Assembly (NCBI GenBank): GCA_002686365.1
Contig: NZBZ01000004.1
Span: forward strand, 27,079 to 91,078
Origin: a bacterium
GTDB taxonomy: Bacteria > Patescibacteriota > Minisyncoccia > UBA6257 > GWB1-50-10
Direction of reading: 5' to 3'
DNA: 64,000 nt
Below the pieces are notes generated by a model. The model saw only the letters and a program-made list of their open reading frames with translations, was not told the origin of the DNA and ran no database searches. Made by a program: the position numbers and the translations under genes. Shown one piece after another: positions 1 through 9,715 of the stretch (its first letter is position 1; the number at the start of each line of letters is the position of its first letter).

Positions 1-38
1 GACCGATATATTTTTTTGCGTTATATTTCACCAGTATT

Positions 39-344
39 ATGTTCGCAATTATTGAATCAGGGGGAAAGCAGTATAAAGTAGAACTGGGCACGAAGGCGCA
101 GGTTGAAAAGCTCCCAATGGATAAGAAGGGCAGTGTTGTATTTGATAAGGTGCTTTTGAAATCTGACGGGAAAAAAGTAGAAGTTGGGACTCCGTATATT
201 GATGGTGCTAGTATTGAGGCAAAGGCCTTGGGAGAGGGGCGTGAGAAAAAGAAAATTGTGTTTCGATACCACTCCAAGACGAGATATCGTAAGAAAAAAG
301 GGCACAGACAGCCTTATAGTGAAGTAGAAATTTCGAAGATATAA
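39..344 (+). CDS. rplU: 50S ribosomal protein L21
   Basis: N-terminus MFAIIESGGKQYKV is the canonical L21 start; 101 aa, basic C-terminus. Confidence 0.9.
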   Translation: MFAIIESGGKQYKVELGTKAQVEKLPMDKKGSVVFDKVLLKSDGKKVEVGTPYIDGASIEAKALGEGREKKKIVFRYHSKTRYRKKKGHRQPYSEVEISKI

Positions 345-355
345 AAAAGTCCTGT

Positions 356-1372
356 TCAGTCGGGGCTTTTTTGTTTTTCAGGCAGCATCCATTTTTGAGT
401 TGTTTCTACAAATCGTAGAGGGTCTACGGAAGCGCCCCCTGTTTTTATTGAGAAGTGGAGGTGGTGGTCTAGAGTGTAGAGTCCGGTATTTCCTACAGTG
501 CCGATTATTTTCTCTTGAGTTATGGTTTCGTTTTCTTGCACTTCCATTGTATCTAGATGGAGATAGAGAGAGAAGATAGATGCGCCGTGGTCGATTACAA
601 TTGTATTGCCAAAATTTTTCAGAGTTCTTGCAAGGCGTACTACTCCGTCATTTGACGCGTATACTGGATCTCCTTTTTTTGCATCAAGATCTACGCCGAG
701 GTGGCGGATAGAAGAGTTTCCGGATTTCCGGATGTTTCCGAATCCACCCGCGATTTCTTGGGTTGGGAGGGGATATATGAATGGTTTTTTGAAAAAGATT
801 TCAGGCAGCGGATTGTCCAGAACTGTATAGAGAATCTCTGTGTCATTTTGTGCAATGTCTTGTACTGCTGCAGATGGAGTATATCCCTGTTCTTTTTGTT
901 CTTTGCTTAAAGCGAGTTCTGTGACAGGGAATGCTCTTTCTCGTATTTGGATTGTTTTTTCCTGCAGTGTGTTTTCTTGGAGTTGAATGGATACTTCTCC
1001 GGGTTCTTTTCGTACATCAATTCCGTAGATTCCTATGTATTGTTTTTCTTCAATTGGAATGAGAGTTAGGGGAGTGTTTTCTATTTGTATATTTGGTTTG
1101 GATGTGGCGTATGCAGTTACTATGAGTGTATCGCCCTGTTCAAGACTTTTTGATGAGAGGGTGAGGCTCACGATTTCTTCTTGTGGTTTTTGTGGGGTCT
1201 CTTTTTTTGGCTCCCCGATTGTATAGGGAAGTGATGCCTGTGTTTCTTTTTTAGGCGAGGAAATAATATATTCGTTTTCTGGAATCGCATCCGGGAATAT
1301 CACGCGAAGAAGCATTCCTCCTGCTGTTCCGAGGCATGCGAGTATTATGAGACCTAGTAGAAGTTTTTTCAT
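356..1372 (-). CDS. Secreted M23/LytM-family metallopeptidase
   Basis: N-terminal signal-like hydrophobic segment; C-terminal HLGVDLD and LDHHLHFSI motifs (HxxxD and HxH of peptidase M23). Confidence 0.8.
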   Translation of the reverse strand: MKKLLLGLIILACLGTAGGMLLRVIFPDAIPENEYIISSPKKETQASLPYTIGEPKKETPQKPQEEIVSLTLSSKSLEQGDTLIVTAYATSKPNIQIENTPLTLIPIEEKQYIGIYGIDVRKEPGEVSIQLQENTLQEKTIQIRERAFPVTELALSKEQKEQGYTPSAAVQDIAQNDTEILYTVLDNPLPEIFFKKPFIYPLPTQEIAGGFGNIRKSGNSSIRHLGVDLDAKKGDPVYASNDGVVRLARTLKNFGNTIVIDHGASIFSLYLHLDTMEVQENETITQEKIIGTVGNTGLYTLDHHLHFSIKTGGASVDPLRFVETTQKWMLPEKQKSPD

Positions 1373-1378
1373 CCTTTT

Positions 1379-1978
1379 TTAACTTCTTCTTCTGAGGGCG
1401 TTTTTGAGTGTTTCTTCGTCTGCGAATTCTATCTCTCCTCCTGTTGGGAGGCCGCGTCCTAGGCGTGTGATGTGTGAGGTGAGGTGCTTGAAGTCACGTT
1501 TTAGGATTTCATAGAGCATGTCGCCAAGTGCATGCGGGTTTACTGCTAAAATAATCTCCTCTATGTTTCCTTCTGGTTCGCCTTCTATCCTTCTTTTTAG
1601 CTGTTCGATTCGGTTTTTGTGTGATTCTTCGAGAATTCCACGCCCACTTAGCTCTCCTAGTATGAGATAGGTTCCTCTGAATTCTCTTGGTTTTTCTAGT
1701 GTTAGAATATCCGTGTCTTTTTCTACTATTGCGATTATGCGGGAGTCTCTCCTCGAGTCAGAGCAGATTTCGCAAAGTTCCTGTTCCTTTTCTTTTATAA
1801 AAAAACAGCGTTTGCACCTTTCCAAATTTTCCAGATTTTTTAATGATTCTATGAGGTTTGATCTGGTTTGGGTGTCAAGTCGTGATATGAAGAAGGCGAG
1901 TCGGGTTGCTGCCCGTGGTCCGAGACCTGGGATTTTTCGGAAGTGCTCTATGAAATTTTTTATTGCGTTCGGGATCAT
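1379..1978 (-). CDS. recR: Recombination protein RecR
   Basis: MIPNAIKNFIEHFRKIPGLGPRAATRLAFF helix-hairpin-helix start, CxxC...CxxC zinc finger (CKRC...CEIC), Toprim-like C-terminus. Confidence 0.9.
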   Translation of the reverse strand: MIPNAIKNFIEHFRKIPGLGPRAATRLAFFISRLDTQTRSNLIESLKNLENLERCKRCFFIKEKEQELCEICSDSRRDSRIIAIVEKDTDILTLEKPREFRGTYLILGELSGRGILEESHKNRIEQLKRRIEGEPEGNIEEIILAVNPHALGDMLYEILKRDFKHLTSHITRLGRGLPTGGEIEFADEETLKNALRRRS

Positions 1979-1984
1979 GGGTTT

Positions 1985-2094
1985 AAAATTTTCAATTTCT
2001 AATTTTCAATTTTCAATAGATTTTCAATGTTAAAATGCTTAAATGTCTAGTTGTATTCATTGGAAATTGGTAATTGGTAATTGGAAATTGGACA
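1985..2094. repeat. AT-rich short tandem repeats (TTTTCAAT x4, then TAATTGG/GAAATTGG x5) ending in GAAATTGGACATT
   Basis: Read directly; same motif family recurs at 14866-14890 and 50955-51075. Confidence 0.6.
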
Positions 2095-3465
2095 TTACAG
2101 CTCGTCTTCTGTGTGGTATGTATCTATGTCTCGAAATGATACCTTCTCGTGATCGAACTTTAGCTCTGCTACGCCTTGTGGTCCATTTCTGTGTTTTGCA
2201 ATTATTACTCGTACTAGGTTTTGGTCTTCGTCTGAAAGTGATTCCTGTTTTTTTGATCCATATGCGTCTTTATCTTTGCGCGCTAGGAATAGTACAACAT
2301 CAGAGTCTTGTTCAAGAGATCCTGATTCACGGAGGTCGGAGAGGCGTGGTGTTTTGTCGTCCCGCTGGTCTACTGCTCTTGAGAGCTGTGATAGTGCGAG
2401 AATTGGAACGTTTAATTCTCTTGCGAGAGACTTTAGTCCTCGAGAAGTTTCGGTTACCTGCTGAACCATGCTTTGCATTTCAGCTCGGGGTTTTATTAGC
2501 TGTAGATAGTCGACAATGAGGAGGTCTAGTCCCTGTTCTATTTGAAGTCTGCGCGCCATTGAGCGCATTTGCAGAATGCTTGGGGATGGAGTGTCATCTA
2601 CAAAGAGCGGGAGTTCTGATAGTCTGCCGAGCGCGTTTTGGACGAGGGCGAAGTCAGTGTCTTCTTTTAGACGTCCTGTTCGCAGTTTCCATAGGTGCAC
2701 TTGTGCTTCTGCCGCAATTAAGCGGTCCATGATCTGTTCTCTGGACATTTCAATGGAGAATATGCCAACTGTGTGTTTTTCTTTTGCCGCGTGTCTCGCA
2801 ATGTCTAGGGCAAGCGATGTTTTTCCGTACGAAGGTCGTGCTCCTAATAGAATTAGATCTGAGCGCTGGAAGCCTGATAGTAGGGAATCGAGTTTTGCGA
2901 ATCCTATTGGGATTCCTCTAAGTGTTTTTCCTTCTCCTGCCTGAAGTTTTTGGAATCGTTCGAAGCTTTCAGCGAGCTCATCTTTTATGTGGGTGAATTT
3001 TTGGGTTTGGGAGAGTTGGGATATGCTGAATATTCGTTTTTCTACCTGGTCAAGAACTTCTTCAAAGTCTTCTTGGTCGAGTGCGCGTTCATTTATTTCT
3101 GTTGATGCTTGGAGCAGGTCTCGGCGAACTCGTTTTTCCCGCACGATTGTGGCATAGCTTGTGATGTGGGCGGAGGATGGGACGGATTCTATAAGATCGC
3201 TTAAGTAGCTTGCTCCTCCGATTTTTTTAAGCTGTTTTTTTTCTTTGAGGGCGGTGTTTACTGTTAGGACATCTATTGGCTTTCCTTTTTCAAATAGTTC
3301 GAGTATTGCCCCGTATACTTTTTGATGCGCTGGGTTGTAGAAGTCATTTGGAGATAGAATGTCTGCGACTTTAATAATTGCTTCTTTGTCTAGCATTAGG
3401 GCTCCTAATACGGATACTTCTGATTCCTGGTCCTGTGGAGGAAGTTTTGGTTGTTTTTCGGGCAT
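2095..3465 (-). CDS. dnaB: Replicative DNA helicase DnaB
   Basis: N-terminal DnaB domain (VLGALMLDKEAI), Walker A GARPSYGKTSLALD, RecA-like C-terminal domain; 456 aa. Confidence 0.9.
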   Translation of the reverse strand: MPEKQPKLPPQDQESEVSVLGALMLDKEAIIKVADILSPNDFYNPAHQKVYGAILELFEKGKPIDVLTVNTALKEKKQLKKIGGASYLSDLIESVPSSAHITSYATIVREKRVRRDLLQASTEINERALDQEDFEEVLDQVEKRIFSISQLSQTQKFTHIKDELAESFERFQKLQAGEGKTLRGIPIGFAKLDSLLSGFQRSDLILLGARPSYGKTSLALDIARHAAKEKHTVGIFSIEMSREQIMDRLIAAEAQVHLWKLRTGRLKEDTDFALVQNALGRLSELPLFVDDTPSPSILQMRSMARRLQIEQGLDLLIVDYLQLIKPRAEMQSMVQQVTETSRGLKSLARELNVPILALSQLSRAVDQRDDKTPRLSDLRESGSLEQDSDVVLFLARKDKDAYGSKKQESLSDEDQNLVRVIIAKHRNGPQGVAELKFDHEKVSFRDIDTYHTEDEL

Positions 3466-3533
3466 GAAATATCAACGAATAGGGTGGATTTGATTAACCC
3501 GCCCGTCGTTTATTACTAGAAAAGACTCTATGT

Positions 3534-4961
3534 CTATTTTTTTCGCGCAAGAGGTCCTAAGGGCGTGTCTTCTACTATATATCCTAACGCCTCTATTTTT
3601 TTTCTCAATGTGTCGGCTTGGACAAACTGTTTATGAGCTCTGGATAACTCGCGTTTTTTCATCATTTCCTGGATGTTTTTAGGCGTGAGAGAGGGGATTG
3701 TATTGATGCCAAGCACTCCGAGCGTCTCTTTTAGGAGGTTTAGTGTGTTTTCTACTTCTTTTTTTGTAAGGCTCCAGATTCGCGGATTTGTATTTCGGAG
3801 AAATTCAAAGATTTTTGCTGTTGCTTCTCTAGTATTAAAGTCGTCTTCCATTGCTTTCTCGAATGACTTTTTGGTGCTTTGTATTTCTTTTTGTATGTTT
3901 TGTTTTTTAGGGTGCGGAGCAGATTTTTTTGACTGTTTTCTTAGTGTGAGTTTTTGGATGAATTCGTCGAGACCCTCTCTTGCTTTTTTTGACTGCTCGA
4001 CAAGTTTTTCCGAGTAGTGCGCAGGGGAGCGGTAGTGATGCATGAGAATGATCCACCGGAATAGTTCGGCATCATGTTTTTTTAGGAAGCTTTCTATTGT
4101 AATAAAGTTTCCTAGGCTTTTTGACATTTTTTTGTTCTCGATGCGTATGAGTCCGGCGTGCATCCAGATTTTCACAAATGGCTTTTTGCCTGATGCAGCT
4201 TCCTGTTGCGCGATTTCTGCTTCGTGGTGTGGGAATTTAAGGTCTAGTCCTCCTCCGTGCAAATCATACTGTGGGCCAAAAAAACTCTCTGTCATTGCAG
4301 TATCTTCAATGTGCCATCCAGGTCGGCCCCAGCCGAGAGTGGTTTTCCATGCTGGCTCACCTTTTACGAGCTTGTACTTGTTAGAGCTTTTTGGTGCGTT
4401 TACGAATTTCCAGAGGGCGAAGTCTCCTTTATTTTTCTTTTTTATACTTTCATCAATGCGTGATACACCGTCTTCAGCCTGTGTTATTGTTCTTCGCGCG
4501 AGTTCTCCATAATTTTTAAACTTCTTGATGTTGAAGTAGTATCCTTGGTTTGGGATTTCATAGGCATATTCTTTTTTTATAAGAGTTTGCACTTGGCGCA
4601 CTATTTCCGGAATGAATTTGCTTGCTCTTGCATATGTATCTACTGTGTTTATTCCAAGGGCCTTCATATCTCGATAATAGGTTTCTTCGAATTCGTGTGC
4701 GAGTTTTAGCGGATCTTTCTTTTCTTTTTTTGCCCGGTCTATGATTTTGTCGTCTATATCTGTGATGTTTTGAAGATAAAAAATCTTCCATCCTTGTGCG
4801 CGGAGGTATTTTACGATTACGTCAAAGGCAAGCTGTGTTCTTGCGTGTCCAATGTGGGCAAGGTCGTATACAGTTGGGCCGCATACGAAGAGATTGATGG
4901 GCCGATTTTTTGGTTTTTTTAGGAGCTCTTTTTTTCCACTTAGGGTGTTAAATATATACAT
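3534..4961 (-). CDS. cysS: Cysteine--tRNA ligase
   Basis: Class I aaRS HIGH motif (CGPTVYDLAHIGHAR) and KMSKS motif (KMSKSLGN); 475 aa. Confidence 0.9.
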   Translation of the reverse strand: MYIFNTLSGKKELLKKPKNRPINLFVCGPTVYDLAHIGHARTQLAFDVIVKYLRAQGWKIFYLQNITDIDDKIIDRAKKEKKDPLKLAHEFEETYYRDMKALGINTVDTYARASKFIPEIVRQVQTLIKKEYAYEIPNQGYYFNIKKFKNYGELARRTITQAEDGVSRIDESIKKKNKGDFALWKFVNAPKSSNKYKLVKGEPAWKTTLGWGRPGWHIEDTAMTESFFGPQYDLHGGGLDLKFPHHEAEIAQQEAASGKKPFVKIWMHAGLIRIENKKMSKSLGNFITIESFLKKHDAELFRWIILMHHYRSPAHYSEKLVEQSKKAREGLDEFIQKLTLRKQSKKSAPHPKKQNIQKEIQSTKKSFEKAMEDDFNTREATAKIFEFLRNTNPRIWSLTKKEVENTLNLLKETLGVLGINTIPSLTPKNIQEMMKKRELSRAHKQFVQADTLRKKIEALGYIVEDTPLGPLARKK

Positions 4962-4965
4962 TGTG

Positions 4966-5922
4966 TTATCTGCTCCAGTTTAGGACGATGTCATTTATTT
5001 CCGGAGATTCTGTTCTTGATAGGTTGCTTATGAGGCGCACCTTGTATCGTAGATAGCGGCTGCTTGCGCTTTGGAGTTTGTCTATACAGATTGGAGTGTC
5101 AGCTCCTGCTCCGGGGAATGAAGTTGCTGCTGCAGGACAGGATGCTCCATAGTAGGTGAATTCGCTTCCGCCAGGCCCTATAAAGGTCCATGGTCCGGTT
5201 GGTGAGTTTGATACAGCGATTTGGAAATCAACAGAGGTTCCGCTTGGCTGTGTTCCTTGCCAGATGATGCTGTTTAATACAACTCCTCCTTCTTCTCCAG
5301 TGTCAAAGATAGATGATTCGAGGTAGGCGATAGAACTTGTTGCTCTCCATGTGGTTGCTACTTTTGTTGAGCTTCCGTGGAATCCAATCCATCCTTCGAT
5401 GTCATTCCATGCAAATCCTTCAAAGTCTCCTGATACTCCGTTTATTGTTACTCCGTATGGGTTTGATATACATACGTCTGGGCCTCCATGGTTTGTCTGG
5501 TTACAGTTGAAGCTTACCCAGCCGATTGCATCATTCCATGCATATCCTGAAAGGATTCCGCTGGCATTGCCGTTTGTGCAGGTTCCGTCTATGTTGTGTG
5601 GTCCTGGGCCATTGCAGATGCCGTAGTTTGATGATGTGCATATATTTCCGTTTCTTGTTGTTGCGCAGTCAAGCGATATATCTCCAATAGCTGATTCTGC
5701 GTATCCTTCTATCTTTGAACCAAAGACTGTAACTGTGTTGCTTATGTAAAAGTCCCAATATCCGCTTATATCGCTCCATGCTACTCGTTCAGCTGGGTCA
5801 GAGTGGATATTTGTGCCTGGATCAGCTTGTGCTTCAAAGAGATTTGTTGTAATGCTCGTTACAACGCCGAAAATGAGCACAATAGCTATAACAATCCAGA
5901 ATATGATTTTCCATGCTTTCAT
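4966..5922 (-). CDS. Membrane-anchored surface protein with three AW(S/N)D-x-IGW-x-F repeats
   Basis: Probable start MKAWKIIFWIVIAIVLIFGVV (single N-terminal TM helix); repeats AWSDISGYWDF, YAWNDAIGWVSFN, FAWNDIEGWIGFH; Cys/Gly/Asn-rich. The ORF track extends it to 6105, but the upstream 61 codons have no supporting signal. Confidence 0.5.
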   Translation of the reverse strand: MKAWKIIFWIVIAIVLIFGVVTSITTNLFEAQADPGTNIHSDPAERVAWSDISGYWDFYISNTVTVFGSKIEGYAESAIGDISLDCATTRNGNICTSSNYGICNGPGPHNIDGTCTNGNASGILSGYAWNDAIGWVSFNCNQTNHGGPDVCISNPYGVTINGVSGDFEGFAWNDIEGWIGFHGSSTKVATTWRATSSIAYLESSIFDTGEEGGVVLNSIIWQGTQPSGTSVDFQIAVSNSPTGPWTFIGPGGSEFTYYGASCPAAATSFPGAGADTPICIDKLQSASSRYLRYKVRLISNLSRTESPEINDIVLNWSR

Positions 5923-6062
5923 GGGTCTATTATATGATATTTTTTGTGTTTCTGCCTCTTTTGTGATACACTTTCCGCAACCTGGCGCTACGTATATGGC
6001 GTATATATGGTAGTTTCTGGGGGTGTTTGTTCGCTCGTTACCATACTCTTTCTTGCTCTGTT

Positions 6063-6095
6063 TCCCACTTCGCATCTTGGAAACAGAGTATAGGG
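6063..6095. promoter_or_regulatory. Perfect 10-bp inverted repeat hairpin (CTCTGTTTCC...GGAAACAGAG) at the left edge of GC-rich islet A
   Basis: Read directly; lies immediately upstream of ORF 6106. Confidence 0.4.
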
Positions 6096-6105
6096 GAATC
6101 ATCAC

Positions 6106-6462
6106 ATGTCCGCCCTGACCAAGGCTACGAGACTTCTCGAGGCTCGTAAGGCGAGCATCGCAAGCGCGTTCGGTCTTCAGTCTTTCGCTGGTTTCGTCAA
6201 TGTCGTTCCGTCAGCGGAGACTCGTGTGATCTGCGTTGCTGTCGGATCGTCCGGCAACCAGAGGTACGTTCGTTTCCGTGTGCGATTCAAGCGCAACGGA
6301 GACTTCTACCGCGTCGAGATGACTCCGCTCGGCCGCAATACTCTCAAGGTCTCTAAGACCTTCGATGACCTGAAGGCGGCTCTCGCGACAGAGTGCAATG
6401 CGGACGCTGCGACCGAGCCCGCGACAACCTCCGCCCTTCATGGGGCTATGGCTCCCGCTTAG
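6106..6462 (+). CDS. Hypothetical protein (GC-rich islet A)
   Basis: ORF begins exactly where composition jumps to high GC; AGGGGAA SD-like motif 11 nt upstream. Confidence 0.4.
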   Translation: MSALTKATRLLEARKASIASAFGLQSFAGFVNVVPSAETRVICVAVGSSGNQRYVRFRVRFKRNGDFYRVEMTPLGRNTLKVSKTFDDLKAALATECNADAATEPATTSALHGAMAPA

Positions 6463-6640
6463 AGGAGACCAAGGAGGCTCTCCTGGACTGGACTGGATTC
6501 TCTTGCCGGCTCACCGGCATCACGGAGGCGTTGCACGTATGCGCCTCCTTTTATTCGAAAATGTTTAGTTGTAGTGAGGTATTGACAATATGTATTTGGT
6601 GGGGTATTTTAATTGTTAGAAATGGAAATGGAGGTGCTTC

Positions 6641-7081
6641 GTGGCAGCACCAGCAACTAAGTTAACAGTTGCTCTTCACGCGAAAAAGCTTACGAATGAG
6701 GAGCTTACAGCTTTCGCGTCAGCCATACAGGGAGACGCGTGCTCAAAGGCGGAACTTCAGGAAGAGACGTGGTTCAACAAGGTCGAGGCGCTCTTCGATG
6801 ATGACGGTGAACTGCCTCGGGCTGTGAAGGATGCTGTTTTCGTCCTTGTGCAACAAAGGGCGTGCGTGGCAGCAGCTGCTCTTTGTGCGGAAGAGCTTGA
6901 GGATCATGAGCTTGTAGCTTTCGCGTTGAGCGTAAAGCTGGGCAGATGCTCGAAGGCGGATCTGCAGAAAAAGCCGTGGTTCAACGAGAGGATTGAGGAG
7001 CTCTTCGATGATGACGGCGAGCTGTCTCAGGCTGTGAAGGATGCCGTCTTCGCTCTTGCAAATACAAGAATGGAGGCGTAG
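6641..7081 (+). CDS. Hypothetical protein with internal ~55-aa tandem duplication
   Basis: GTG start preceded by GGAGG 6 nt upstream; halves TAFASAIQGDACSKAELQEETWFNKVEALFDDDGELPRAVKDAVF / VAFALSVKLGRCSKADLQKKPWFNERIEELFDDDGELSQAVKDAVF. Confidence 0.45.
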   Translation: MAAPATKLTVALHAKKLTNEELTAFASAIQGDACSKAELQEETWFNKVEALFDDDGELPRAVKDAVFVLVQQRACVAAAALCAEELEDHELVAFALSVKLGRCSKADLQKKPWFNERIEELFDDDGELSQAVKDAVFALANTRMEA

Positions 7082-7108
7082 GTATAAGCGTAATGGGTTT
7101 GGTACTAT

Positions 7109-7894
7109 GTGCTGAGCCTATCCATCCCTTTAAATTTGGCGGCGAGTTTTGATGAAGAGAATTCCGTTGTAGATTTTTCTTGGGCGAGTTCGACGGATTC
7201 TGATACGTTAGATAATTTAATTACATACGAGGTGGCGCATACGACTTCGACGGATTTGTCGGGGGTTTCGTGGAGTTCGGTTGGGTCGTTTTTGCAGACG
7301 AGTTTGGATTTGGGTTTTGGGGAGACGTATCTTATTGGTGTGCGAGCAAAGGATGATTTTGAGAATGTGTCGGATTCGACGGAGATTTTTTATGATGTGC
7401 CTGTTCCGGAGTTGCCGCTTACGATTTCAAATGTCTGGTGGGGATATGTTAGTAGTTCGGCGGCGCAGGAACTTAGTTTTGAATTTAGTAATTATGATGT
7501 GCTTGTGTCGAGTACGTGGACTGTTGCGGCGTTTTATTTGAATTCGATTGTGCCGGATAAAGGCCCGTGGCCGACAGGCTTAAATAATCTTTTGAATGAC
7601 GGTGAGGAGAAAATTTGGGTTCGGTATCAAGGGTGTTTTGGAAGTGCTATTACGACAGAATTTTCTTTGGCAGGGGATGGTGCGTCGTGTGCTGGCGATG
7701 TCAGGAATAGTTATGATCCGTCTGGGGTGGACTTTCCGGAAGTAGGGGAGGTGGTTATGGAAGTTAGTCCGCCAGCTGGTGAAGAATCTCATTCTTCAGA
7801 GGACTATATTACAATTCTTTTTCTTTCATCTAGTGATGGAAGTAATTTCCAACAAGTTGGGAGGTACCCTGTGCCGATTTACTTTACGGAGTGA
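7109..7894 (+). pseudogene. FN3-like domain protein fragment (no N-terminus or signal peptide, GTG start directly after an in-frame stop)
   Basis: Sequence ITYEVAHTTSTDLSGVSWSSVGS...TYLIGVRAKDDFENVS resembles a fibronectin type III fold but the ORF starts mid-domain; C-terminus FQQVGRYPVPIYFTE is repeated downstream. Confidence 0.4.
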
Positions 7895-7895
7895 T
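7849..7895 (+). repeat. Copy 1 of ~45-bp boundary repeat (encodes FQQVGRYPVPIYFTE-stop at the end of ORF 7109..7894)
   Basis: Near-identical to 8968-9015; partial copies at 10186-10215 and 10727-10750. Confidence 0.8.
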
Positions 7896-7908
7896 GCTTT
7901 GAAAACAT

Positions 7909-7955
7909 TTATTTTTACTTAGTTTAGTATCCGGCCGGATACTAAACTAAGTTTA
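7909..7955 (+). terminator. Perfect 18-bp-arm palindrome (ACTTAGTTTAGTATCCGG/CCGGATACTAAACTAAGT) followed by a T-tract and GGGAGG
   Basis: Read directly; rho-independent terminator geometry. Confidence 0.6.
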
Positions 7956-8085
7956 GGTTTTTGGGAGGGGGGGGTAGTGCTTGACGCGTAGTATGATGTG
8001 TGTTACTTTTTGTATCGGCAGGGTGGGGTACATTTCGGTAGCATGAGGTATGTTGCCTTGTGCAAAACAGCGAGGATGGAACAAC

Positions 8086-8874
8086 ATGTCGTTGGTTTTT
8101 ACAGATAAGGTAGCAAGCGTTGAAGTACTGGATGCGTTCCTTGTGGACAAGGGTGTTGACCCGGGATTCATCTCGAGGATGGTGAATGCTTTGACTCCGC
8201 TCGTTCAGGAGTATGAGCCCGAGGGACGGGAAAGGGAGTGGCCGCATCTCCTCGAGGCAGGATTTATGGACCCCGAGAGCCTGGGGAGGGCGATCGTTGG
8301 GGCGACCGGAGTAGATTTGCCCATCGTCTTGGTTCCACTTGCGGACGTTGAGTGTCCGCCCAATTGGGTCGCGGAGGACTTCAGGCCTTTGATTCAGGGG
8401 ATGAGCCGGCTGGCTCTCGATGCGTCGCTCGGCGCTCCCTTGTACGGGATGCTGGGGCATGATCCAGAGGCGCAAGTGGATGGTGATCCTCACGGAATCG
8501 TTCGGATGCTCGAGACCGCGTTCGCCACACACATCTGGCATAGTGATGATACGGGACAGCCCCTGATGACGGATGGAAACGTCGTGGGCTTCCTCCGCGG
8601 CCTCATTGTCCAGAGACTCCTCGAAGACGGAAACGCAGGGGCGATAAATGAGGCTAGTGGGTCTTCACTCGCGGACAGCGCATGGGCGCTTATCCGAAAG
8701 GTCCTCATTGAGGCGGTGGAAGGAAGGTGTGAGGAGGCAGAGAAAACATGCACGCTTCTCAAGTTCTGGATGACGAACTGGGTCTGGGGAAGATCCAGCG
8801 AGGATGTGGGCATTGGTAGGGGGATGATTGTTTTCGCGGGCGAGACACATCCAGCAAGATTGGTGAGTGTATGA
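8086..8874 (+). CDS. Hypothetical protein (cassette 1 of GC-rich array)
   Basis: ATG at 8086 with GAGGA SD 7 nt upstream (ORF track begins at 8050); GC-rich, Ala/Gly/Arg-rich product. Confidence 0.45.
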   Translation: MSLVFTDKVASVEVLDAFLVDKGVDPGFISRMVNALTPLVQEYEPEGREREWPHLLEAGFMDPESLGRAIVGATGVDLPIVLVPLADVECPPNWVAEDFRPLIQGMSRLALDASLGAPLYGMLGHDPEAQVDGDPHGIVRMLETAFATHIWHSDDTGQPLMTDGNVVGFLRGLIVQRLLEDGNAGAINEASGSSLADSAWALIRKVLIEAVEGRCEEAEKTCTLLKFWMTNWVWGRSSEDVGIGRGMIVFAGETHPARLVSV

Positions 8875-8967
8875 TTGTTTTCGTGGGCTAGGCTTGGCCA
8901 GAACGAATGACGATCATCGTCATCTCACATCGAACAAAAGGAAGGCACGTATGCCTTCCTCTTTTAT

Positions 8968-9015
8968 TTCCAACAAATTGGGAGGTATCCTGTGCCGATA
9001 TATTTCACGGAATAG
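8968..9015 (+). repeat. Copy 2 of boundary repeat (encodes FQQIGRYPVPIYFTE-stop as an orphan remnant, stop 19 codons upstream)
   Basis: Aligned by eye to 7849-7895 with a few substitutions. Confidence 0.8.
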
Positions 9016-9016
9016 G

Positions 9017-9056
9017 CAATGTTTACTCACTCGGAGAGTAAACATTGGGTTTTTTG
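9017..9056 (+). terminator. Hairpin CAATGTTTACTC...GAGTAAACATTG followed by GGTTTTTTGGGG
   Basis: 12-bp inverted repeat arms plus T-tract. Confidence 0.6.
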
Positions 9057-9214
9057 GGGATTTTGTTGGTGTATTTTTGATACATTGACAAAATGTGTGA
9101 TAAATGTTACTTTCTGTTTAGATCTAACTCTAGTCTAAATGTCATTTTTCATTGCGATCTGAGCAGCTGAACACTAAGTTTCGTTCATGTCTCGTACGCA
9201 CGAGGAGTGTTACG

Positions 9215-9715
9215 ATGTTAGGCATAGGACCGACGTCTAAGATACAGGCAGAGAATCTTCGTGACTTCGTTGGCCCCCTCTGCACGCGTTTCTACGTGAA
9301 GAGGCTCAGAGCCGCTCTCGTGAAGGAGGGGAGGGTTCTACTAGATGTGGGGTTGACTGAGAGGAAGTTGGAGAGTCTTCGTCGGCAAGGTGAGAAGCGG
9401 GCTGGGATGTATCATATGTCCTGGCGCAGGAGGAACTATCTTCATCTGGTGCGGCATCATCTGGGACTGGCGCATCTCAATCTCTTGCAATGGCTTCTGG
9501 CGCAGTTCGTTACCCGCCTTCCGCTCATGGGTCGGATGTGGGGAGCTGCTTTGTCCTCGATGGCATTCGTGCTCAGAGTTCCTGTTCCGGATGATCCTCA
9601 CAGGATCATTCGCGAAGATTACGAGCGGAGCATAGCGGAAGAGGATGATGGTGGTCTCTGGGGTCTAAGCCAATCTTCTCCTTCCTGGACTGGAGGGAAT
9701 TCTCATGACAGATAA
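9215..9715 (+). CDS. Hypothetical protein (cassette 2)
   Basis: ATG with GAGGAG SD 7 nt upstream (ORF track uses an upstream TTG at 9152). Confidence 0.4.
   Translation: MLGIGPTSKIQAENLRDFVGPLCTRFYVKRLRAALVKEGRVLLDVGLTERKLESLRRQGEKRAGMYHMSWRRRNYLHLVRHHLGLAHLNLLQWLLAQFVTRLPLMGRMWGAALSSMAFVLRVPVPDDPHRIIREDYERSIAEEDDGGLWGLSQSSPSWTGGNSHDR

Noticed and set aside
5923-6105. 61-codon N-terminal extension of the surface-protein ORF predicted by the ORF track
   Set aside because: The extension has no signal features. The internal Met followed by a clean TM helix (MKAWKIIFWIVIAIV) is the more plausible start.
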